A stretch of DNA of 56,654 nucleotides, taken from assembly GCA_016218865.1 (NCBI GenBank), contig JACRCU010000484.1, forward strand, positions 1 through 56,654, written 5' to 3'. The DNA comes from Deltaproteobacteria bacterium. Lineage in GTDB: Bacteria > Myxococcota_A > UBA9042. Of this stretch, positions 40,241 to 50,200 are shown one piece after another. The position numbers and the translations under genes were made by a program. Under the pieces are notes generated by a model. That model was given only the letters and a program-made list of their open reading frames with translations. It was not told where the DNA came from and did no database searches. The first letter of the stretch is position 1; each line of letters begins with the position of its first letter.

Positions 40241-41782
40241 ATGACCGCCGCCGCCGCACCGAACCAGAAGACCTTCATGGGCCACCCGGTTGGCCTGTTC
40301 GTGCTGTTCTTTACCGAGATGTGGGAGCGCTTTTCGTACTACGGCATGCGCGGGCTGCTCAAGCTGTACATGGTCAACTACCTTTTCGTGGGCGTGCGCC
40401 AGATCTACCAGGGCAAGGGCTACGACGGCTTGGGCAACCCGGATCAGGTCCTCGGCTGGGGACTGATTCAGAAGTTCTTGCCGGCCAGCGACTTGGCGGG
40501 CGCGGCCCAGTGCATCACGGCCAAGACCGCGGCGCTGGTGGCCGGCGATGCCGAAAAGGGCCTGCTGCCGATGGCCGTCGATCTCGCGCACAAGGTCGCC
40601 GAGCAGACTTGTGTGGCTGGGCCCAAAGCCTCTGTGATCTACGGCTGGTACACGGGCCTGGTCTACCTGACCCCGCTCCTGGGCGGCTTGCTGGCCGACA
40701 AGTACCTGGGCCAGCGCCGCAGCGTGTTCATCGGCGGTGCGGTGATGGCCGCGGGCCAGTTCTTGCTGTTCGGTCAAGAAGATGCCTTCTTCGTGGGCCT
40801 GCTGCTGCTGATCTTGGGCAACGGCTTCTTCAAGCCGAACATCTCGACCCAGGTGGGCGCGCTGTACCCGGACGGCGATCCGCGCCGCGACGGCGCCTTC
40901 ACCATCTTCTACATGGGCATCAACCTGGGCGCATTCCTGTGCAATTTCGTCGCTGGCACCCTGGCGATGCTGTACGGCTGGCGCTACGGCTTTCTGGCGT
41001 CGGGCATCGGCATGCTGATCGGCCTGGCGGTGCAGTTCTTTGGCGGCCGCTATCTGGCGCCGGACACGTTGGCGCAGCGCAAGCAAGCGGCCCTGGACAA
41101 CCCCGGCGCGCAAAACAAGCAGGCCGAGCACCACCCGCTGAGCAAAGAGGAGTGGAAGCGCGTGTGGGCGCTGGTCGCGCTGTGCCTGCTGAACGTGATC
41201 TTCTGGGCGGTATACGAGCAGCAGGGCAACACGATGCAGACCTGGGCCGACGAGCAGACCATCTGGCCGACCTGGGCCAGCTCGACCTGGTTCCAGAGCA
41301 TCAATCCGTTCTTCATCTTCCTGCTCGCGCCGGTGCTGGACATCGTCTGGCGCAACCAGGCCGCCAAGGGCAAAGAGCCGTCGAGCGTGACCAAGATGGT
41401 CATCGGCTGCTTCGTGCTGGGCCTGTCGTTCATCGTGATGATCGCCGGCGCCAGCGCCATCGGCGACGGCAAGGGCAGCCCGCTGTGGCTGGTGGCCTGC
41501 ACGCTCATGCTGACCATCGGCGAGCTCTACCTGTCGCCGATCGGCCTGTCGCTGGTCACCAAGGTCAGCCCCACCCGCATCGTGAGCATGATGATGGGCA
41601 TGTGGTTCATGTCGAGCTTCTTCGGCAACATCCTGTCGGGCTACATCGGCCAGCTCTACACCTCGATGAGCAAGCAAGGCTTCTTCTTCGTGCTCATGGT
41701 GTTGGGCATCACCGCCGGCCTGATGATGTGGGCGTTCAACAAGCCCCTGAAGCGCGCGATGGGCACGCACGATCCGTCGTAG
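40241..41782 (+). CDS. Proton-dependent di/tripeptide transporter (POT family, DtpT-like)
   Basis: EMWERFSYYGMR, GNGFFKPNIS, FYMGINLG, FQSINP and GELYLSPIGLS. Confidence 0.95.
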   Translation: MTAAAAPNQKTFMGHPVGLFVLFFTEMWERFSYYGMRGLLKLYMVNYLFVGVRQIYQGKGYDGLGNPDQVLGWGLIQKFLPASDLAGAAQCITAKTAALVAGDAEKGLLPMAVDLAHKVAEQTCVAGPKASVIYGWYTGLVYLTPLLGGLLADKYLGQRRSVFIGGAVMAAGQFLLFGQEDAFFVGLLLLILGNGFFKPNISTQVGALYPDGDPRRDGAFTIFYMGINLGAFLCNFVAGTLAMLYGWRYGFLASGIGMLIGLAVQFFGGRYLAPDTLAQRKQAALDNPGAQNKQAEHHPLSKEEWKRVWALVALCLLNVIFWAVYEQQGNTMQTWADEQTIWPTWASSTWFQSINPFFIFLLAPVLDIVWRNQAAKGKEPSSVTKMVIGCFVLGLSFIVMIAGASAIGDGKGSPLWLVACTLMLTIGELYLSPIGLSLVTKVSPTRIVSMMMGMWFMSSFFGNILSGYIGQLYTSMSKQGFFFVLMVLGITAGLMMWAFNKPLKRAMGTHDPS

Positions 41783-41936
41783 CCGCAGCAACCCAGGGCG
41801 CTGCGTGACGATTCAGTAAAGCTGCAGGCTCGGCCCGCAGGCGCGGTTGAATACCAGCCCGATTGGGGTAGTCTTGCGCGTTGGCCCGCGGCCTGCCCAC
41901 GGCCACCCCATCCCCCTTGCCAACGGACACGGAACG

Positions 41937-43136
41937 ATGACGAACACCTGGAGTAACTGGATTTTCAACGGCTTGCTGATTGTCGGCTTGGCGGTGCCCG
42001 CGCTGGCGCCCGCCGACGAGGCCAAGGAGGACCCGGGCCGGCCGCGCCTGCTGGTGGTGCCGCCGGCGCCGATCGGCGACGTGTCCCTGGTGCAGATCAA
42101 GCGCATCGGCAAGGGTCTGGCCGACCAGCTCAAGACCTCGTCGGTCTTCGACGTGGTCACCGACAAGGACAAGGTTGCGCAGAAGACCGACGGCAAGAAG
42201 AACGCGCCCAAGGCCAGCGCCGCGAGCAAGCGCATCGACGCCGCCGACGCGGTGCGCCAAGAGGGCATGAACCTGCAGGCAGAGGGCAAGTACAAGGAAG
42301 CGCTGGATAAATTTGGCGACGCCGTGGGCCTGTACGAGCGGGCATATCTGGAACTGGTCGACTACGGCAACCTGGCATCGTCGTACACCGGCGCGGGCGT
42401 GTCGGCCTTCTATGCCGGCCGGCCGTCGGCCGAGGTGGCGCACTGGTTCGAGCTGGGCATCGCCATCCTGCCCACCCTGGTCATCGATCGGCGCAAGCAA
42501 GACAAGGCCCTGCTGGAGCTGTTCGACAAGACCCACGAGCAGATGGACAAGCTGCCCAAGCTGAACGTGGTCATCGACGGTCCCACCACCGACGGCGTGG
42601 AAGCGTACGTCGACGGCGTCAAGATCGGCCCGCTGCCGGCCAAGGCGACCGGGCTCATCCCCGGCGTGCACTACGCGCAGATTCACGGCGAGGGCTTTGT
42701 GCCCTGGGGCACGGTGGTGCACCTGCGCGGCAAGGACAGCAAGGTGACCGCCAAGGTCGCGGCCATCAAGGTCGAAGAGAAGAAGGTCGAGGCACCGGTC
42801 ACGGTGGACGTGCTGGCAGACTGTGCGCGCTTCGGCGGCTTCCACCTGCCGGTGTGCAAGGGCCCGGCGCCCAAGCTGGCGCGGCAGGTCGGTGCGAATT
42901 TCTTCGTGTTCTCGGCGATCAAGCTGGACCGCTTCAACCGGCCGACCGTGCACGCCTTCGTCATGGAAACCGGTGACTTGCTGACGATCTCGGTCAAGCC
43001 GCAGGAGCTGGCGGCCGACCTGGGCGACCTGAACAAGAAGATGGCCGAGCTGGAGGCCGACGTGAGCAAGGCGGTCGAGAGCTTCCCCAAGGCCCGGGCG
43101 CTGCAGAAAGTGCCGGCGGTGTGGTCCGCCAAGTGA
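41937..43136 (+). CDS. Exported TPR/PEGA-like protein
   Basis: Signal peptide, TPR-like helices, and PEGA-like VEAYVDGVKIG..LIPGVHYAQIHGEGF. Confidence 0.7.
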   Translation: MTNTWSNWIFNGLLIVGLAVPALAPADEAKEDPGRPRLLVVPPAPIGDVSLVQIKRIGKGLADQLKTSSVFDVVTDKDKVAQKTDGKKNAPKASAASKRIDAADAVRQEGMNLQAEGKYKEALDKFGDAVGLYERAYLELVDYGNLASSYTGAGVSAFYAGRPSAEVAHWFELGIAILPTLVIDRRKQDKALLELFDKTHEQMDKLPKLNVVIDGPTTDGVEAYVDGVKIGPLPAKATGLIPGVHYAQIHGEGFVPWGTVVHLRGKDSKVTAKVAAIKVEEKKVEAPVTVDVLADCARFGGFHLPVCKGPAPKLARQVGANFFVFSAIKLDRFNRPTVHAFVMETGDLLTISVKPQELAADLGDLNKKMAELEADVSKAVESFPKARALQKVPAVWSAK

Positions 43137-45091
43137 GCTTCCGTCCTGTCGTTTTTGCGCTGGCGGCGCTGCTGGTCGCGGCCTGCAGCAGCCCCGCTGC
43201 GCCCAGTACCGGGACCACCGTCGCCAAGGACGCCGGCGTCGACACCAACGAAGTGGACACGGCCACAGCCGACACCGGCAAGGTCGACCCCTGCCCAGGG
43301 GGCGAGGGCTGTCCGTGCGAGGACGACGCCGGCTGCGACGACCAAGACCCTTGCACCATCCGGGGTACCTGCGTCGACGGAGCCTGTACCGCGCCGACCG
43401 CCAAGCCCTGCGACGACGGCAACCAGTGCACCGAGGACTTCTGCAAGCCCGGCGGCGCCTGCGGCAGCAAGCCCAGCACCAGCTGGTGCAGCGACGGCAA
43501 CCCCTGCACGGTGGGCGACACGTGCAAGAGCGGAAGCTGCACCTCGGGCGCGGCCAAGGACTGTGGCGACGGCAACCCGTGCACCGACGACAGCTGTGTA
43601 GCGGGTCAGGGCTGCCAGTACGCGGCGAACAGCGGCGAGTGCCTTGCGGAAAATGCTTGCTCGGAGACCAGTTACTGCTCGCTCGGCGAATGCGAGCAGG
43701 GCAAGGCCAAGCCCTGCGACGACGACAACCCCTGCACCTGGAACAGCTGCGACCCCGAAACCGGCTGCCTGTACGTGGGCATCCCCGGCGCGGCCACCTG
43801 CACCGACGGCGAGCTGATCGCCGGTCGCTGCTGGAAGGCCATGAAACAAGACACGACCTGGGTCAAGGCCCGCGAGGCCTGCCACGCCTGGGGCGGCGAG
43901 CTCGCCAGCATGCGCAACCTGGCCGACAACAGCGCCGTGCGCAAAGTCGCCGACCAGGCTTGCGGGCAAGTGCCGGCTTTCTTTGGCCTCAACGACATCG
44001 CCATCGAGGGCAAGTACCGGTGGATCGACAGTGAAAGCAGCAATTACAGCAACTTCCACAGCGGCGAACCCAACAACGTCGGCAACGAAGATGTGTTCGA
44101 GATCTACGTCGACGGCACCTGGAACGACCTGCCCGAAGGCGCCACCCTGGCCTGCGCCGTGTGCAGCCGCTGGGCCAGCTATCCGTGCGACGACGGCGAA
44201 CCCTGTACGGCGCCTACGGTCTGCGAAAGCGGCTCGTGCCTGCCCGCCACGGTGACACCCAGCTGCGACGACGGCAATCCGTGCACGCTGGACGGCTGCG
44301 CCGTGGGCCTGGGCTGCGGCAACACCCCCAGCGACGACGGCAGCGCCTGCGGCGAATCCGGAGCCTGCCTGGGCGGTTACTGCGTGCTCCCCGCCGCCGA
44401 CACCACCCCCACCAGCTGCGCCGAGCTGCCCAAAGACGCCACGAGCGGCGTGTACTGGCTGGACCTGGACGGCCCGGGCGAGGCCACACCGACCCAAGTC
44501 TACTGCGACATGCAAAGCGACGGCGGCGGCTGGGCTTTGGTGCTGGAGGTCGACGGCGGCGCGGACGACAGCGCCTACGACAGCCCGGTCTGGGTCGGCA
44601 CCTCGCCGGACACAACCGCGCCGCCGTGGCCCGCCAAGATGACCGCGCGCCTCAAGGGTTACGCGGTCACGCCGCTCACGGACATCCGGCTCGTCTTCGT
44701 GGTCGACGGCGCGGCCCGCAGCATGGTCATCGCGGGCGGCCCCATGCCACCGGGCAGCAAGGGCCCCACTCTGCACCAACTGCTCACAGGCCCAAAAATC
44801 AGCACGGGCCTGAGTGTTTTGGACTGGGAGGCCCTGCTGCCCAAGGGCTCGCTGCAGGGGAACTGCCTCACTCAGGGCTTCCAGGTCGCGGCGAGCGGCG
44901 TCAAGCTGCGCCTGGGCATCTTTGGCAACAACGAGAAGGACTGCGACAGCGTCGACTCGTGGATCGGCATCGGCAGCTCGGGCGGGCCGTGTGGCGTGGG
45001 CGGCACGCTGGGCGCTGGCAACGTGGCCTGCTATGGCGCGGACCACGGCCCGGCCAAGGTGGCGGCGATGGTGTATGTGTATGTAAGGTAG
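43133..45091 (+). CDS. Lipoprotein: Cys-rich CDDGNPCT repeats, C-type lectin, fibrinogen-like/USOMP5-like C-terminal domain
   Basis: GTG overlaps the upstream stop; lipobox VAAC; about 8 CxDxxxCT repeats; lectin motifs GLND, EPNN and WND; VYCDMQSDGGGWALV. Confidence 0.8.
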   Translation: MSFRPVVFALAALLVAACSSPAAPSTGTTVAKDAGVDTNEVDTATADTGKVDPCPGGEGCPCEDDAGCDDQDPCTIRGTCVDGACTAPTAKPCDDGNQCTEDFCKPGGACGSKPSTSWCSDGNPCTVGDTCKSGSCTSGAAKDCGDGNPCTDDSCVAGQGCQYAANSGECLAENACSETSYCSLGECEQGKAKPCDDDNPCTWNSCDPETGCLYVGIPGAATCTDGELIAGRCWKAMKQDTTWVKAREACHAWGGELASMRNLADNSAVRKVADQACGQVPAFFGLNDIAIEGKYRWIDSESSNYSNFHSGEPNNVGNEDVFEIYVDGTWNDLPEGATLACAVCSRWASYPCDDGEPCTAPTVCESGSCLPATVTPSCDDGNPCTLDGCAVGLGCGNTPSDDGSACGESGACLGGYCVLPAADTTPTSCAELPKDATSGVYWLDLDGPGEATPTQVYCDMQSDGGGWALVLEVDGGADDSAYDSPVWVGTSPDTTAPPWPAKMTARLKGYAVTPLTDIRLVFVVDGAARSMVIAGGPMPPGSKGPTLHQLLTGPKISTGLSVLDWEALLPKGSLQGNCLTQGFQVAASGVKLRLGIFGNNEKDCDSVDSWIGIGSSGGPCGVGGTLGAGNVACYGADHGPAKVAAMVYVYVR

Positions 45092-45124
45092 TCACGTTTG
45101 CGTGGCCAGCGCTATTGTCCGTGG

Positions 45125-45156
45125 CGCCACGTGGCAGACACCGTGACATCGCGACA
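45125..45156. promoter_or_regulatory. Candidate enhancer (UAS): near-palindrome CGCCACGTGGCA plus CGTGACATCGC
   Basis: About 200 nt upstream of the sigma54 promoter at 45332; matches 54151-54194. Confidence 0.45.
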
Positions 45157-45331
45157 CCTGTCGACGCGGCTCACTTGCAGGCAGGGCAGAGCCCGCCGGG
45201 CGCCACCTGGTGGAACTGTGAGCACCTGCGCTCGAGTTGTGCTGCGAATTCGGGCAACTGGGAACTTCGATGCCTCAGCGCTGACCCGATCTACCACTTG
45301 AGAATTCAGGACCGACTCGGAATTGGGGACT

Positions 45332-45347
45332 TGGCACGGCGCTTGCT
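45332..45347 (+). promoter_or_regulatory. Sigma54 -24/-12 promoter
   Basis: TGGCACG-GCGC-TTGCT matches the consensus TGGCACG-N4-TTGCW; intergenic, about 60 nt before ATG 45411. Confidence 0.85.
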
Positions 45348-45410
45348 ACGGATACCAAGCAGCAGGCCGGCGTTCAGGAGCGCGCACCGTAGCCCGCCGA
45401 GGAGGTCCAT

Positions 45411-45740
45411 ATGCTCACGGTCCGCTCATTCGTTTCGACACACAGCCTCAACTGCGCCGCGTTGATCGTCATCACCGGGCTGCTGCTCGCGGCAACCGGT
45501 GCGGCCGACGAGAAAGCAGCCCGCAGCGGCCACCGGACATTTACCCTTAAAGACCAACCGGTTCGATCGCAAGCCGGGCCGCAGGTCAGCCCGCTGCCGG
45601 AGCAGGCGATCACCGCCAAGCCCGACAAGCCGTCGGTGACCTACATCCTCAGCCGCACGCCGCCCGTCTGGGAATGCAGTCCGGCGACCCCCAACTTTCT
45701 GCCGCGCATCCTGGTCAATGCTCGCTCGGGTCGCCTGTAG
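45411..45740 (+). CDS. Small exported protein, possibly CglF/GltF-like
   Basis: GGAGGAGG RBS, hydrophobic signal, and C-terminal EQAITAKPDKPSVTYILSR..NFLPRI. Confidence 0.55.
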   Translation: MLTVRSFVSTHSLNCAALIVITGLLLAATGAADEKAARSGHRTFTLKDQPVRSQAGPQVSPLPEQAITAKPDKPSVTYILSRTPPVWECSPATPNFLPRILVNARSGRL

Positions 45741-45764
45741 CCGCAGGCCCGCGCCAATGTGCAG

Positions 45765-47141
45765 CTACTCCTGCGCCCGCCACGCCGCAAGCTCCTCCTG
45801 CGAAACACCGAAGGACTCAATCCAGCGGTAGATTTGCTTGCGATCGCGGCCAATGGCGCGCGCTGCCGCCCCCAAATTGCCGCGATGGGCCGCAAGAAGC
45901 TGCCGGAACTCGGCGGCTGAGTCCGGTGGCCGGGTCACGCCGTCGCCCGCCGCACTGGACTGCGGGCCGGGCGTGGTGCGTGCATCGACCGACTCTGTCA
46001 GGTAGAGCGGCAGAGCCGCAATTGTCGCGGGGACCTGGGTTGCGGACAGCCCGTACATCACACGGACGACTTCGCGCATGTTGTCAGGCCAGTCGTGACG
46101 GGCAAGCAGTTCGACCACATCGGGCGACCAGCGAGATGCCCAACTGGGCGCCGCAGGCGCTGGAAGTGCCGCCTGGCAAAGTGCCATCAGGTCCGCGCGT
46201 CGTTGGCGGAGCGGGGGGACGACCACTTCGTGGGCGCGAAGGCGCGCCAAGAGATCCTGGCGAAACTGGCCCAGGCCAACCCGCGCCCCCAGGTCGGCGT
46301 TGGTGGTCGCGACGAATTTGACATCGACGCCGTGGTCCATGTGCCCGCCCACCGGGCGGATCACCGTCGATTCCAGCACCCGTAGTAGCTTGACCTGCAA
46401 TGCCAGCGGCAGATCGCCGATCTCGTCCAGCACCAGCGTGCCCCCGTCGGCTTCACGGATGCGCCCAGGCCGGGCTTCCACCGCGCCCGAGAAAGCGCCC
46501 CGCACGTGCCCGAACAGCTCGGACTCGAACAGCGCTTCGGGAATGGCCGTTACGTTGACATAGACCAGCTTGCCATGACGCCCGCTCAGCGCGTGGACTT
46601 CGGCCGCGGCAGCTTCCTTGCCGACGCCCGTTTCGCCAGTGATCAAGACGGGCCGCGAGTCCTTGGCAGCCGCCGCCAGGCCCGCACGCATGGACCGAGC
46701 TGCCGCCGTCGTGCCGGGCGCGGCGCGGGTGGCCTTGTCGAACGCGGGGTGAACTCCTGGGTCCAGCTCGGCCACGCAGACGCACCCGCCAAAACGGAGT
46801 ACGGCGCCGGATTCGACGCTTGTCTTGCCCGTGACGGGCGCGCCGTCGACCCAAGTGCCGTTGCGGCTGCCCAGGTCGGTCACGTCGAGCACATCGCCCG
46901 CGGGCAGCAAGCCGACGTGGCTGCGCGACAGCGTCGCATCGGCGACGGCCAGCAGGTGCCGCGGGGTAGCATCGGGAGCCGGCTCGCGGCCAACAACGGT
47001 GGTCATGGGCGGCAAGGTCGTGGCCACGCCGACCAGACGCGGATCCAATGCGGTCAGGAAGTGCAGGCGCCAGCGCGGGGTGTGGAGTGGTGGTCCGGCC
47101 GAGGCGAAGCGCGGCGCGGTCTGGGTGGTGGTGGCGCACAT
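45765..47141 (-). CDS. FHA-domain sigma54-dependent transcriptional activator (FHA-AAA+-HTH)
   Basis: FHA VGR..LSRSH..DLGSRNGTWVDG; Walker A GETGVGKE; ELFGHVRGAFSGA; LDEIGD; FRQDLLARL; WPDNMRE; Fis-type HTH. Confidence 0.92.
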   Translation of the reverse strand: MCATTTQTAPRFASAGPPLHTPRWRLHFLTALDPRLVGVATTLPPMTTVVGREPAPDATPRHLLAVADATLSRSHVGLLPAGDVLDVTDLGSRNGTWVDGAPVTGKTSVESGAVLRFGGCVCVAELDPGVHPAFDKATRAAPGTTAAARSMRAGLAAAAKDSRPVLITGETGVGKEAAAAEVHALSGRHGKLVYVNVTAIPEALFESELFGHVRGAFSGAVEARPGRIREADGGTLVLDEIGDLPLALQVKLLRVLESTVIRPVGGHMDHGVDVKFVATTNADLGARVGLGQFRQDLLARLRAHEVVVPPLRQRRADLMALCQAALPAPAAPSWASRWSPDVVELLARHDWPDNMREVVRVMYGLSATQVPATIAALPLYLTESVDARTTPGPQSSAAGDGVTRPPDSAAEFRQLLAAHRGNLGAAARAIGRDRKQIYRWIESFGVSQEELAAWRAQE

Positions 47142-47263
47142 GCTTTCCTCACCGGCGCGTTGGACGCGGGCGAGGGTAGCACGGCGGCGGCGGCGGGGAA
47201 ATCGACGCTGTTTTGGTACGGAGTGTCAGGGACTTGGCTGATCATGGCCGCCGGCGGCGGTGA

Positions 47264-50200
47264 TCAGTTCGGGATGTGGACGCAGCCCTTGGCCGGGTCG
47301 CAGAGATCGAGGGTGGTCGGGTCGCCGTCGTTGCAGCTGTCGGGGGTCAGGCCGGCGCAGGCTGTGCAGGTGGCGTTGCCCCAGGGGTCGAGGCGGGCCA
47401 ACATGCCCTTGCCTTTGGCCTCTTCAATGCCGGCCAAGACGATGGCGCCATTCGGGAGTTCTGCCGCGCCATTGACGCGCGAGTTGCCAATCGCAGGGTA
47501 GCCGGCGAGCGAACGCGACCAGAGCGGAAGTCCCTCAATTGTCGTCTTGATTACCAGCCCGTGAGCGTTTCCACCAACAACGTCATAGCCTGCGAGCAAC
47601 ACGCTGCCGTCACTAAGTAGGGTGCCACGGTTGTAGCTCAGCAGGGTCGAGGTGCCAATCTGCTTCTCCCATTGTACGACGCCGCCGCTGTTGAGGCGAA
47701 TGAGTATGAATTTCGACTCCTTGTTCCCAAAATTCGCGGTTCGGGTTCCCGCCACAAGCCAGCCGCTGCCGTCCTTCCCCGGCCACACCGATGCCGCCGC
47801 GCTGGCTCCTAGGCCTGGATATGTTTGCGAGAAGATGACGGTCCCGTCCGGCTTGGTGGCCACAACCAATGCAACATCGATTCCGTTGTTGGCGGCCTGG
47901 CTGCGACGAAAACCCGCCATTGCCCGGTTGCCGGATCCATCAAGACCGATACCCTGGAACTGATCGCTCCAGTCGGCCTCCGCGTAAACGAAGTAGCTCG
48001 GTACCCCGGCGGGACTGACTCCAACGACCCAGCCAGAGTACAATCCTGAGGTGATATTGTTTGGCGTGAATCCGGCGAGCCAGGCCGTGCCGTCCGGGGC
48101 AATGGCGACATCGTTGGCACCGTCTTGGCCTGCCTTTCCTAAGCTGAGGTCGAAGGAGGTTGGCTGTCCGACCACAAGTGGCATTCGGACAACTCTGGCG
48201 TTGCTGCCGTTTGCACCATCCTGGCGCGAGCCCACAGCAATGATGCTGTCCGAGTTTGTTTCGATGGCGGTAAGGTAGTCGGCTTCCGGCAAGGCAATCG
48301 ATCGCGGATAACCGCTCATCTCCTTCCCGTCGGCACCGAACGCATGAATTTCGCTGTCGTAAGAGTCAGCTGGTTTGCCCGTGGCCACAACCCCTGCTGC
48401 GACGACAACACCGCTTGGAGACAGCGCAACGTCGGCCAATGTCTGGACGGTCCCTGGAACCAAGGCCACGCCGAAGGCTTCCGAGGCTCCGGCGCAGGTT
48501 CCGCCTGCGCAGATGTCGCCAGCCGTGCACGCATCGCCATCGTCGCACGGAGCCTTGTCCACCAGCGCAACGTGAGAGCACCCAGCCTTTCCGTCACAGC
48601 CGTCGGCCGTGCACGGCTCGCCGTCGTCGCACGCTGCGGGCAACTTTTCCGCACAGCTTCCTGCATCAGCGCACGCCGTGTGGCCAAACGCGTCGGCACG
48701 GATGGCCCAACCACTGCTGGCCGCGCCTTTGCTAGCAGTGCTACCTACCGCAAGCAGGCCGATTCCTGCGGGTGTGGGCGCCACGTCCCAGAGGACATTG
48801 GGGCCGGACGCCGATCCAAGTACGGACGCCCAAAGTGCATTGCCCTGATGGTCGAGGACGGCCGCCACGGAACTGCCCTGGTCGGGAGCCTGTTTGTCAG
48901 CCCCAACAAGGACCAGCTTGTCGGTGTCGAAGGCGGCAATTCGGCCGTAGCTTGCGGTGAGCGGCAATTTGGGTTCACTGGCCCACATGAGATTGCCGTA
49001 CAGGTCGCAGCGGGCGAGCCAGACAGTGCCACTCGGGAGGGATCCGGAAGCGCCGCCCGCCATGAAGTATCCACCAGGCACCGCTACGACGCTCATTGCG
49101 ACAACCCCTGATCCGAAATACCGGCGTTTCCAAAGGGTTTCGCCGGTTTCCGTCACCATTGCCGCCCACGGATCGGGGTCCGCAGTCGACGATCCATCGC
49201 GGCCCACCAGCAAGTACTTGGTCGTATCGCCCTGCACTTCCAGCATTGCTTCAGCTTCAGTACCTTGTCCGCTTCCAAGGTAGATGTTTGGCTTTACGCC
49301 GCCGAGGTTGTCAACAATCCCAAACCAGGCGTGGTCAACGGACTTCACTTCGGCTGGCTGCGTGGTGCCGCAATAGGCGACGCCGCCATCACTGCGCGCA
49401 ACGACCGCCGCAATCGACTCGTCGTTGGCACCTGGATACGAGACCTGGACCGGCCCCAGCGATGCCACCGCCTCCCCCCAGGTAATCTTCGCCACTAGAC
49501 CCTTGTCTGTACCCTGCGCGGTCCTGCTCCCGCCGACAACAACAGTTTCGCCGCCGACGTCGAGTGCAGATGCGCCTTCGTAGTCGATACCGGCGAGATT
49601 GGGCTGCCACTTGACCGCTCCCGCATCGTCCATCCCGACGACCCACAGATCGGCACCGCCAGTACCTGCCCTGGCACCAACAGCCACGGCGCGACGACTG
49701 TCGAGCCACTTCGTGCGCTTGAGGAACCCACCGCCTAATGCGGGAAACGTGGTCTCGAAGAGGCTGGGCGCACCGGCCTGGCACTTGCCCGACAGGCAGT
49801 TCCCATCCGTCGTGCACGGCTTGCCATCGTCGCAAGCACTGCCATCCGCAAGGTTGCTGTGCTTGCAGCCGGTCTTGTCGTCGCAGGTGTCCGCAGTACA
49901 TGGCAGGCCGTCGTCGCAATCTGCCAATGACTTCCCGTCGCAAACCCCAAGCTTGCCACAGTCAGTGTTGCCAAGATCGTTGACGCGAAGGGCAAGACCG
50001 ATTCCTTTGTTGCCGTCGCTGCCGGCCACCACGACCCCACCGCTTGGCAAGGCGACAACTACATAGCCTAGCTGAGCGCCGGCGCCGCCGAACTCACTGT
50101 GCCACAGCTCTGCGCCAAGCCCGTTGATCTTCGCAAACCACAGCTGTGCCTCGCCGCTTGCGGTGCCCGCAAAAGTGTACCCTGCCAGCATGAACGAGTC

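Noticed and set aside
47054-47245. 63-aa ORF between the giant lipoprotein and the activator
   Set aside because: It overlaps the activator start out of frame and has no motif or clear RBS.
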